Part shown: piece after piece, positions 1 through 7,636 of the stretch
Layout of the letters: each line of letters opens with the position of its first letter
Numbering within the stretch: the stretch's first letter is position 1
Virus record (IMG/VR): IMGVR_UViG_648276668_000013
Source of the DNA: a virus
Taxonomy: Duplodnaviria > Heunggongvirae > Uroviricota > Caudoviricetes
Length of the DNA stretch: 7,855 nt
Strand: one strand, 5' to 3'
The notes under the pieces: generated by a model
Told to the model about the DNA's origin: nothing
The model's database searches: none
What the model saw: the letters and a program-made list of their open reading frames with translations, nothing else
Translations under genes and position numbers: made by a program

Positions 1-567
1 ATGCTTATTGGCTATGTACGCGTGTCAACAAATGACCAGAACACCGATTTGCAACGTAATGCACTGAACTGCGCGGGATGTGAGCGGATTTTTGAGGACA
101 AAATCAGTGGCACTAAGTCCGACAGACCGGGGCTTAAAAAACTGCTCAGGACACTATCGGCAGGAGACACGCTGGTTGTCTGGAAGCTGGACAGGTTGGG
201 GCGCAGTATGCGGCATCTTGTTACGCTGATAGAAGAGTTGCGCCAGCGCGGCGTGAATTTCCGAAGCCTGACTGACAGTATTGATACCAGTACCCCAATG
301 GGCCGTTTCTTTTTTCATGTCATGGGTGCCCTGGCTGAAATGGAACGCGAACTGATAGTTGAACGTACCAGGGCAGGGCTGGCTGCAGCTCGTGCTAAAG
401 GCAGAGTAGGTGGACGCCGTCCTAAGTTGACTACCGAACAGTGGGCACAGATTGGGCGTTTACTCGAGGCCGGAGAATCAAGACAGCGTATTGCACTGAT
501 TTTTGATGTAGGCGTTTCTACCATTTATAGAAAATTTCCGGCAAATAAGAGCAATGAATCTCCCTGA
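1..567 (+). CDS. Serine-recombinase DNA invertase, Gin/Pin/Hin/Cin family (188 aa); the window begins exactly at its ATG
   Basis: N-terminus MLIGYVRVSTNDQNTDLQRNAL carries the catalytic-serine motif and the whole protein is near-collinear with Mu Gin and e14 Pin as recalled (GDTLVVWKLDRLGRSM, DTSTPMGRFFFHVMGALAEMERELI, C-terminal helix-turn-helix around GVSTIYRKF). Length is typical for this family. Confidence 0.9.
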   Translation: MLIGYVRVSTNDQNTDLQRNALNCAGCERIFEDKISGTKSDRPGLKKLLRTLSAGDTLVVWKLDRLGRSMRHLVTLIEELRQRGVNFRSLTDSIDTSTPMGRFFFHVMGALAEMERELIVERTRAGLAAARAKGRVGGRRPKLTTEQWAQIGRLLEAGESRQRIALIFDVGVSTIYRKFPANKSNESP

Positions 568-615
568 ATCAGCATTATTTTGATTATTCCTGCAAGCGGA
601 CAAATACCGTCATTT

Positions 616-633
616 TGTGTGAATAACGGTACA
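616..633 (+). promoter_or_regulatory. Candidate Ogr-dependent late promoter element (PF-like): TGTgtgaataacggtACA, a TGT-N12-ACA dyad with extended arms TTGT/ACAA
   Basis: Exact match to the TGT-N12-ACA dyad that P2 Ogr/Delta-family activators bind, centred about -55 in P2 late promoters. It lies 85 bp upstream of the FI start codon, consistent with a transcription start near 680. It sits in a 142-bp AT-rich intergenic gap and an ogr homolog is encoded in the same window. No convincing -10 hexamer could be identified by eye. Confidence 0.45.
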
Positions 634-709
634 ACTGCGCTTAGCTGTTTGTCGGACACAATCACTTCAACATAGGGCGAAGCCTAATCCAATCAGGAGG
701 TTCGCCACT

Positions 710-1881
710 ATGGCTCAGGATTACCACCACGGAGTGCGCGTTGTTGAAGTCAACGAAGGCACTCGATCCATTACCACGGTGAGCACCGCCATCGTGGGTA
801 TGGTCTGCACGGGCGATGATGCCGATGCAAAAATGTTTCCTCTTAATAAACCCGTGCTGATCACTGATGTGCTGACTGCCAGCGGTAAAGCGGGTGAGTC
901 TGGTACTCTGGCCCGTTCGTTGGATGCCATCGCTGACCAGGCAAAACCCGTGACCGTTGTTGTGCGTGTGCCGCAGGGTGAAACGGAAGAAGAAACCACG
1001 ACCAATATCATCGGCGCAGTGACTGCTGAAGGTAAAAAACAGGCATGAAAGCTCTGTTATCTGCCCAGTCACAGCTCGGCGTTAAACCGCGCATTCTCGG
1101 CGTGCCTGGCCACGATAACAAAGCCGTTGCGACTGAGTTGCTGAGCGTGGCGCAAAGCCTGCGTGGGTTTGCTTACCTGTCAGCGTATGGCTGCAAGACA
1201 GTGCAGGAGGCGATCACTTACCGCGAAAACTTCAGCCAGCGCGAAGGGATGCTGATCTGGCCTGACTTTACTGGCTGGGACACGGTGCTGAATGCCGAAG
1301 CAACGGCATATGCCACCGCCCGTGCGCTCGGTCTGCGCGCCAAAATTGATGAGCAGACTGGATGGCACAAAAGCCTGTCCAACGTGGGCGTGAACGGTGT
1401 CACCGGAATTTCTGCTGATGTGTTCTGGGATCTGCAGGACCCGGCAACCGATGCAGGTCTGCTGAACCAGAACGACGTCACCACGCTTGTGCGCAAGGAT
1501 GGTTTTCGCTTCTGGGGTTCCCGCTGTCTGAGCGATGATCCGCTCTTTGCCTTCGAAAACTTCACCCGCACGGCGCAGGTGCTGACGGACACGATGGCAG
1601 AAGCGCACATGTGGGCGGTGGACAAACCGCTGAACCCGTCGCTGGCGCGCGACATTATCGAAGGTATCCGCGCCAAAATGCGCAGCCTGGTCAGTCAGGG
1701 CTATCTCATTGGTGGTGATTGCTGGCTGGACGAGTCGGTGAACGATAAAGACACGCTGAAAGCCGGGAAGCTCACCATCGACTACGACTACACGCCAGTG
1801 CCGCCACTTGAAAACCTGATGCTGCGTCAGCGCATCACCGATCAGTACCTGGTGAATTTCTCCAGCCAGGTCAGCGCGTAA
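710..1881 (+). pseudogene. FI: Phage contractile tail sheath protein (P2 FI homolog), interrupted by a frameshift; ORF fragments 710..1048 (112 aa) and 1045..1881 (278 aa)
   Basis: Both fragments are collinear with P2 FI as recalled: N-terminal [16 protein letters not shown]...[11 protein letters not shown]-terminal [11 protein letters not shown]...[22 protein letters not shown]. The combined length (about 390 aa) matches an intact sheath. The reading frame breaks in the A6 run at 1034-1039; one additional A would give the contiguous junction [17 protein letters not shown] ribosome-binding site at 695-700, 9 nt before the ATG at 710. Confidence 0.85.
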
Positions 1882-1890
1882 GGGGACAAT

Positions 1891-2406
1891 ATGGCTTTAC
1901 CACGCAAATTAAAACACCTGAACCTGTTTAACGACGGGAACAACTGGCAGGGGATCGTTGAGTCGCTGACGCTGCCGAAATTCACCCGCAAATATGAGAA
2001 GTATCGCGGCGGCGGTATGCCGGGGGCGGTGGATGTGGATTTGGGACTGGATGACAGTGCACTGGATACAGAATTTTCCATTGGTGGTACTGAGCTGCTG
2101 CTGTTTAAGCAGATGGGCAAAGCCACGGTGGATGGCATCCAGCTGCGCTTTACCGGCTCTATCCAGCGTGACGATACCGGGGAAGTGCAGGCTGTGGAGC
2201 TTGTGGTGCGTGGACGTCACAAAGAAGTGGATTCCGGCGAGTGGAAGACGGGCGAAAGCAACACCACCAAAGTGACCAGTACCAACAGCTACGCGAAGCT
2301 GACCATCAATGGTGAGGTGCTCTATGAAGTGGACCTTATCAACATGGTGGAAATTGTGGACGGTGTGGACCTGATGGAAGCGCACCGCAACGCCCTCGGC
2401 CTCTGA
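1891..2406 (+). CDS. FII: Phage tail tube protein (P2 FII homolog), 171 aa
   Basis: MALPRKLKHLNLFNDGNNWQG...KYEKYRGGGMPGAVDVD...RDDTGEVQAVE...RNALGL is collinear with P2 FII as recalled. AGGGGA ribosome-binding site at 1881-1886. It lies immediately downstream of the sheath gene, the conserved sheath-tube order. Confidence 0.92.
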   Translation: MALPRKLKHLNLFNDGNNWQGIVESLTLPKFTRKYEKYRGGGMPGAVDVDLGLDDSALDTEFSIGGTELLLFKQMGKATVDGIQLRFTGSIQRDDTGEVQAVELVVRGRHKEVDSGEWKTGESNTTKVTSTNSYAKLTINGEVLYEVDLINMVEIVDGVDLMEAHRNALGL

Positions 2407-2460
2407 TGTATCTGAACGGCGAGGGATACCGCGCCAGAACCCAATTTACAGGACAACAAA

Positions 2461-2763
2461 ATGAGCGATAAGCAGACTGAAAAGACCATTCAACTGGATA
2501 CCCCTATCAAGCGCGGTAAAACGGAAATCACCGAAATTGTGCTGCGTAAGCCGCAGTCCGGTGCGCTGCGCGGCACGCGCCTGCAGGCCATTATGGATAT
2601 GGATGTGAACGCGATGATGACCGTGATCCCCCGCATTTCCAGTCCGGTACTGACTGCACAGGAAATCGCAGAGATGGACCCGGCAGATCTCACCGCTATG
2701 TCGGTTGAGGTTGTCACTTTTTTGTTGAAGAAGTCGGTGCTTGCCGGTTTACCGACAGCCTGA
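2461..2763 (+). CDS. E: Tail assembly chaperone gpE (P2 E homolog), 100 aa; zero-frame product
   Basis: Small ORF between the tube and tape measure genes, the conserved position of the tail chaperone. It contains the slippery heptamer TTTTTTG near its 3' end, as in P2 E. Call rests on size, position and motif rather than strong recalled sequence identity. Confidence 0.8.
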   Translation: MSDKQTEKTIQLDTPIKRGKTEITEIVLRKPQSGALRGTRLQAIMDMDVNAMMTVIPRISSPVLTAQEIAEMDPADLTAMSVEVVTFLLKKSVLAGLPTA

Positions 2764-2897
2764 CGGTTGACGATCTGGTGGCAGACATCGCCACCATTTT
2801 TCACTGGCCGCCATCCGTTACTGACGTTATGCCGCTGACCGAAGTGCTGGAATGGCGGTATAAAGCGATTCAGAGAAGCGGGGCCAACGATGAGTGA
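2461..2897 (+). CDS. E+E': gpE+E' tail assembly chaperone fusion made by -1 programmed ribosomal frameshift at 2718-2724 (predicted about 145 aa); absent from the six-frame ORF track
   Basis: T TTT TTG sits in the E frame (codons TTT 2719-2721, TTG 2722-2724). After a -1 slip the frame stays open from 2724 to the TGA at 2895-2897, reading VEEVGACRFTDSLTVDDLVADIATIFHWPPSVTDVMPLTEVLEWRYKAIQRSGANDE, and ends just inside the start of T (ATG 2890). This copies the P2 E/E+E' arrangement. Confidence 0.65.
2718..2724 (+). other. -1 programmed ribosomal frameshift slippery heptamer T TTT TTG
   Basis: Direct reading of the sequence; X XXY YYZ-type heptamer in the gpE zero frame, with an open -1 frame downstream to 2897. 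Confidence 0.65.
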
Positions 2898-5800
2898 TAA
2901 CAACCTGCGGCTGCAGGTCATTCTTAATGCGGTTGACAAACTCACCCGCCCATTCCGTGTTGCACAGGCCAGTTCGAAAGAGCTGGCTGGCGCAATCAGA
3001 AACTCCCGTGACGCATTAAAGCAACTCAATCAGGCGGGTAATAGCCTGGAAAAATTTCGCAAGCTGCAGGCTGATAACAAGAAGTTAGGCGACAGGCTGA
3101 ACTATGCCAGACAGAAGGCTAATTTGCTTAGCTCTGAGCTGGAGGCGATGGAACAACCATCACAACGGCACCTTGTGGCTTTAGGTCGGCAAACGCTGGC
3201 AGTCCAACGCCTGGAAGAACAGCAAAAATATTTGCAGAAGCAAACGGCGCTTGTGCGTGCAGAACTGTACCGGGCGGGAATTTCTGCGAAAGATGATGCG
3301 GGAGCAACTGCCCGTTTAGCCCGTGAAACATCACGTTATAACCAGGAACTGTCGAAACAGGAGGCGCGGCTGAAGCGACTGGGGGAAGCTCAGCGCAGGA
3401 TGAATGCAGCGCGTGCCAGTTATGCCCGTTCGCTGGAGGTGCGCGATCGCATCGCAGGAGCCGGAGCAACCACCACGGCTGCAGGGCTGGCAGTGGGTGC
3501 ACCAGTAATGGCGGCGGTAAAAAGCTATACCAGCATGGAAGATGCCATGAAAGGTGTGGCAAAGCAGGTCAATGGTCTGCGTGACGATAATGGCAACCGC
3601 ACTGCACGTTTTTATGAAATGCAGGATGCCATCAAGGCTGCCAGCGAACAGTTGCCGATGGAAAACGGTGCGGTGGATTTCGCTGCACTGGTTGAAGGTG
3701 GTGCGCGCATGAACGTCGCAAACCCTGACGACAGCTGGGAAGACCAGAAACGTGACCTGCTGGCCTTCGCCAGTACGGCAGCAAAGGCGGCAACAGCCTT
3801 TGAGCTGCCAGCGGATGAACTGTCAGAAAGTCTGGGGAAAATCGCCCAGCTCTACAAAATCCCTACCCGCAATATTGAACAGCTCGGCGATGCGCTGAAC
3901 TATCTGGATGATAACGCCATGTCGAAAGGGGCAGACATCATTGATGTCATGCAACGCCTGGGCGGTGTGGCTGATCGTCTGGATTATCGTAAAGCGGCGG
4001 CTCTGGGTTCCACCTTCCTGACATTGGGCGCTGCGCCAGAGGTTGCAGCCAGTGCAGCAAACGCGATGGTGCGTGAATTGTCCATTGCCACCATGCAAAG
4101 CAAGAGTTTCTTTGAAGGGATGAATCTGCTGAAACTCAATCCTGAAGTGATTGAAAAGCAGATGACGAAGGATGCGATGGGAACCATCCAGCGCGTGCTG
4201 GAGAAGGTGAACGCACTGCCGCAGGACAAGCGTCTGTCTGCCATGACCATGTTGTTTGGTAAAGAGTTTGGTGATGACGCGGCGAAACTGGCAAACAACC
4301 TGCCGGAACTGCAGCGCCAGCTAAAACTGACAGCGGGCAATGATGCGCTCGGTTCCATGCAGAAAGAATCCGACATCAACAAAGACTCACTTTCTGCTCA
4401 GTGGTTGCTGGTCAAAACCGGAGCGCAGAACACCTTCAGCAGCCTGGGCGAAACGCTGCGCCAGCCGCTGATGGATATTCTGTACACGGTGAAAAGCATC
4501 ACGGGGGCGTTGCGCCGCTGGGTGGAAGCTAACCCGGAACTGACAGGCACACTGATGAAAGTAGCGGCTGTTGTGGCTGCGGTTACCGTAGGCCTCGGCA
4601 CCTTAGCGGTGGCGCTGGCTGCAGTTCTGGGGCCGCTGGCAGTGATCCGTCTGGGATTCTCTGTGCTGGGTATCAAAACGTTACCTTCCGTTACGGCAGC
4701 AGTAACTCGAACCAGCAGCGCGTTGTCCTGGCTGGCTGGCGCACCACTGGCACTGCTGCGACGCGGGCTTGCTTCATCGGGCAACGCCGCAGGTTTACTT
4801 ACTGCGCCGTTGTCGTCTTTGCGCCGCACGGCATCACTGACGGGAAATGTCCTGAAAACTGTAGCAGGTGCGCCGGTTGCACTTTTGCGGTCTGGATTAT
4901 CCGGTTTACGTGCTGTTGCTGTGATGTTTATGAATCCTCTGGCGGTACTGCGCGGTGGACTGGCCGCCGCAGGCACGGTGCTGCGAGTACTGGCATCTGG
5001 TCCACTGGCGATGCTGCGCGTTGCCCTGTATGCCGTATCTGGTCTGTTAGGTGCTCTGCTCAGTCCGATAGGTCTTGTGGTTACTGCACTGGCGGGCGTG
5101 GCGCTGGTTGTGTGGAAATACTGGCAACCCATCACCGCATTTCTTGGTGGCGTGGTGGAAGGATTCAAAGCGGCGGCAGGTCCCGTCAGTGCAGCATTCG
5201 AACCGCTTAAGCCCGTGTTCCAGTGGATTGGCGACAAAGTACAGGCGCTGTGGGGCTGGTTTACTGATCTGCTGACGCCCGTTAAGTCGACCTCTGCCGA
5301 ACTGCAGAGTGCAGCGGCAATGGGGCGGAGATTCGGGGAGGCACTGGCGGAAGGGCTGAATATGGTCATGCATCCGCTGGACTCACTGAAATCCGGCGTT
5401 TCCTGGTTGCTGGAGAAGCTCGGCATTGTCAGTAAAGAGGCCGCAAAGGCAAAACTGCCGGAAAGCGTGACGCGTCAGCAACCTGCGACGGTGAATGCAG
5501 ACGGTAAAGTGATGATGCCATCGGGTGATTTTCCGTCATGGGGATATGGCTTTGCGGGGATGTATGACAGCGGCGGCTATATCCCGCGTGGGCAGTTTGG
5601 CATCGTCGGTGAAAACGGGCCGGAAATTGTTAACGGCCCGGCAAACGTGACCAGCCGGAGAAATACAGCTGCACTGGCTGCCGTTGTCGCCGGAATGATG
5701 GGTGTTGCTGCCGCGCCAGCAGAGCTTCCACCGTTGCATCCTTTGGCGCTTCCCGCGAAAGGCGGTGAAGCAATTGTGAGTCGCGCAGCCACTGTGCCGC

Positions 5801-5967
5801 CTGTTTACCGGATTGAAGCACCGATGCAGATCATCATCCAGACACAGCCAGGACAAAGTGCGCAGGATATTGCGCGGGAGGTGGCCCGCCAGCTTGATGA
5901 ACGTGAACGCAGGCTGAAGGCAAAAGCCAGGAGTAACTACAGCGATCAGGGGGGATACGACGCATGA
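2890..5967 (+). CDS. T: Tail tape measure protein (P2 T homolog), 1025 aa
   Basis: Largest ORF in the operon, directly after the E/E' frameshift cassette. N-terminal region is coiled-coil-like and rich in Q/E/K/R/L/A. Central hydrophobic block carries repeated G-P-L-A-x-L-R-x-G-L units (about 4620-5040). Position and architecture are typical of Myoviridae tape measure proteins. Confidence 0.9.
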   Translation: MSDNNLRLQVILNAVDKLTRPFRVAQASSKELAGAIRNSRDALKQLNQAGNSLEKFRKLQADNKKLGDRLNYARQKANLLSSELEAMEQPSQRHLVALGRQTLAVQRLEEQQKYLQKQTALVRAELYRAGISAKDDAGATARLARETSRYNQELSKQEARLKRLGEAQRRMNAARASYARSLEVRDRIAGAGATTTAAGLAVGAPVMAAVKSYTSMEDAMKGVAKQVNGLRDDNGNRTARFYEMQDAIKAASEQLPMENGAVDFAALVEGGARMNVANPDDSWEDQKRDLLAFASTAAKAATAFELPADELSESLGKIAQLYKIPTRNIEQLGDALNYLDDNAMSKGADIIDVMQRLGGVADRLDYRKAAALGSTFLTLGAAPEVAASAANAMVRELSIATMQSKSFFEGMNLLKLNPEVIEKQMTKDAMGTIQRVLEKVNALPQDKRLSAMTMLFGKEFGDDAAKLANNLPELQRQLKLTAGNDALGSMQKESDINKDSLSAQWLLVKTGAQNTFSSLGETLRQPLMDILYTVKSITGALRRWVEANPELTGTLMKVAAVVAAVTVGLGTLAVALAAVLGPLAVIRLGFSVLGIKTLPSVTAAVTRTSSALSWLAGAPLALLRRGLASSGNAAGLLTAPLSSLRRTASLTGNVLKTVAGAPVALLRSGLSGLRAVAVMFMNPLAVLRGGLAAAGTVLRVLASGPLAMLRVALYAVSGLLGALLSPIGLVVTALAGVALVVWKYWQPITAFLGGVVEGFKAAAGPVSAAFEPLKPVFQWIGDKVQALWGWFTDLLTPVKSTSAELQSAAAMGRRFGEALAEGLNMVMHPLDSLKSGVSWLLEKLGIVSKEAAKAKLPESVTRQQPATVNADGKVMMPSGDFPSWGYGFAGMYDSGGYIPRGQFGIVGENGPEIVNGPANVTSRRNTAALAAVVAGMMGVAAAPAELPPLHPLALPAKGGEAIVSRAATVPPVYRIEAPMQIIIQTQPGQSAQDIAREVARQLDERERRLKAKARSNYSDQGGYDA

Positions 5968-6449
5968 TGATGGTGCTGGGATTTTACGTGTTTATGCTGC
6001 GCACCGTGCCGTATCAGGAGCTGCAGTATCAACGCAGCTGGCGACATGCGGCAAACAGCCGGGTAAACCGACGTCCGTCCACGCAGTTTCTGGGACCGGA
6101 CAACGACATGCTGACGCTTTCTGGTGTTCTTATGCCGGAGATAACAGGTGGCAGGCTGTCGTTGCTGGCACTGGAGCAGATGGCAGAACAGGGGAAAGCA
6201 TGGCCCCTGATTGAAGGCAGCGGCACCATTTACGGCATGTATGTGATTGAGGGAATAAATCAGACTAAAACGGAGTTTTTCCGCGATGGTATGCCGCGCC
6301 GGATTGAGTTCACCCTGTCGCTCAAACGGGTGGATGAATCCCTGTCCGATATGTTCGGTGATCTCAGTACGCAACTGAATAATCTGCAGGATACGGCAAC
6401 GTCTGCCTTAAGCGATATCGGTAAAACGGTGGGAGGGCTGCTGTCGTGA
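5964..6449 (+). CDS. U: Tail protein gpU (P2 U homolog), 161 aa
   Basis: MMMVLGFYVFMLRTVPYQ...WPLIEGSGTIYGMYVI...FTLSLKRVDESL is collinear with P2 gpU as recalled. GGGGGGA ribosome-binding site at 5948-5954. Its start overlaps the T stop (ATGA at 5964-5967). Confidence 0.88.
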   Translation: MMMVLGFYVFMLRTVPYQELQYQRSWRHAANSRVNRRPSTQFLGPDNDMLTLSGVLMPEITGGRLSLLALEQMAEQGKAWPLIEGSGTIYGMYVIEGINQTKTEFFRDGMPRRIEFTLSLKRVDESLSDMFGDLSTQLNNLQDTATSALSDIGKTVGGLLS

Positions 6450-7546
6450 ATTTCAGCTCTGAACTGCTTAACAAAGGCAACAAAACTCCGGCATTCAGCA
6501 TCAGTATTGAGGGCAGGGATATCACCACTGTGCTGGATAACCGCCTGATGAGTCTGACGCTGACGGACAATCGGGGCTTTGAAGCGGACCAGCTTGATCT
6601 GGAACTGGATGATGCCGACGGAAAAATCGTGCTGCCGCGCCGAGGTGCGGTCATTACGCTGGCGCTAGGCTGGAAGGGGCAGCCGCTTTTCCCGAAAGGG
6701 ACATTCACGGTGGACGAGATTGAACACACTGGCGCACCGGACCGCCTGACTATCCGGGCGCGAAGTGCTGATTTTCGTGAAACGCTGAATACCCGCCGTG
6801 AAAAGTCGTGGCACAAGACCACTGTCGGGGAAGTGGTCAAGGAAATAGCCGCGCGTCACAAGCTGAAGATGGCACTGGGTAAAGACCTGTCGGATAAGCC
6901 CGTGGAACATATAGACCAGACTAATGAGAGTGACGGCAGTTTTCTGATGCGGCTGGCGCGCCAGTACGGTGCTATTGCGTCAGTGAAAAATGGCAATCTG
7001 TTATTCATCCGGCAGGGACAGGGTAAAAGCGCCAGCGGTAAACCACTGCCGGTGATCACTATCACACGTAAGGACGGCGACAGTCACCGCTTTACCCTGG
7101 CAGATCGCGGAGCCTATACGGGCGTAATTGCCAGCTGGTTGCATACCCGCGAACCCGCGAAGAAAGAAAGCACCACGGTGAAGCGTAAGCGCAGAACTAA
7201 GAAGCAGAAGAAAGAACCGGAAGCGAAGCAGGGCGATTACCTGGTGGGGACGGATGAAAACGTGCTGGTACTTAATCGCACTTATGCCAACCGGAGCAAC
7301 GCCGAACGAGCGGCGAAAATGCAGTGGGAACGCCTGCAACGCGGTGTTGCGTCATTCTCGCTACAACTGGCGGAAGGGCGGGCAGATCTCTACACGGAAA
7401 TGCCAGTGAAAGTCAGTGGCTTTAAGCAGCCGATAGATGATGCGGAATGGACCATTACGACTCTGACGCATACCGTCAGCCCGGATAACGGTTTTACGAC
7501 CAGTCTGGAGCTTGAAGTGAGGATTGATGATTTCGAAATGGAATGA
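6446..7546 (+). CDS. D: Tail protein gpD (P2 D homolog, late control gene D family), 366 aa; GTG start
   Basis: Conserved position after U with a length typical of the gpD family. GGGAGGG ribosome-binding site at 6431-6437, 8 nt before the GTG at 6446, which overlaps the U stop (GTGA). Identity rests mainly on synteny and size. Confidence 0.88.
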   Translation: MNFSSELLNKGNKTPAFSISIEGRDITTVLDNRLMSLTLTDNRGFEADQLDLELDDADGKIVLPRRGAVITLALGWKGQPLFPKGTFTVDEIEHTGAPDRLTIRARSADFRETLNTRREKSWHKTTVGEVVKEIAARHKLKMALGKDLSDKPVEHIDQTNESDGSFLMRLARQYGAIASVKNGNLLFIRQGQGKSASGKPLPVITITRKDGDSHRFTLADRGAYTGVIASWLHTREPAKKESTTVKRKRRTKKQKKEPEAKQGDYLVGTDENVLVLNRTYANRSNAERAAKMQWERLQRGVASFSLQLAEGRADLYTEMPVKVSGFKQPIDDAEWTITTLTHTVSPDNGFTTSLELEVRIDDFEME

Positions 7547-7636
7547 TTCTTCGCAATGGAGAACTTTTAAGTTTGCAAAATGGAATAATGCGGTATCATT
7601 ATTGTGAATTTAGCAAAAATGGGGAGAACTCGAAAA

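Noticed and set aside
1034-1039. Programmed ribosomal or transcriptional slippage as the normal way of expressing the sheath gene
   Set aside because: A6 is shorter than the runs (about 9 or more) known to give efficient transcriptional slippage and is not a canonical X XXY YYZ heptamer in frame. A major structural protein would need near-stoichiometric full-length product. A sequencing error or a pseudogenising mutation is the simpler explanation.
662-1676. Minus-strand ORFs (662..1072, 721..1011, 1180..1608, 1218..1676) antisense to the sheath gene
   Set aside because: All lie inside the conserved FI coding region on the opposite strand; translations are low-complexity and Cys/Arg/Ser-rich; mutually overlapping, which is characteristic of frame noise.
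1909-2385. Minus-strand 158-aa ORF and plus-strand alternate-frame ORF 1994..2275 inside the FII tube gene
   Set aside because: Both are embedded in the strongly supported FII frame; the alternate-frame product is Trp/Cys-rich nonsense (WMWIWDWM...).
2490-3029. 179-aa minus-strand ORF spanning the E/T junction
   Set aside because: Antisense to gpE, E' and the T start; no recognisable family; composition consistent with a spurious ORF.
4398-5426. 342-aa minus-strand ORF inside the tape measure gene
   Set aside because: Pro/Ser/Ala/Thr/Arg-rich low-complexity translation typical of the antisense frame of a GC-rich coding region; no ribosome-binding site or recognisable domain; fully overlapped by the well-supported T gene.
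5946-7339. Minus-strand ORFs antisense to U and D (5946..6374, 6029..6229, 6364..6840, 6665..6910, 6856..7065, 7001..7339)
   Set aside because: Antisense to well-supported tail genes, no ribosome-binding sites noted, no recognisable motifs.
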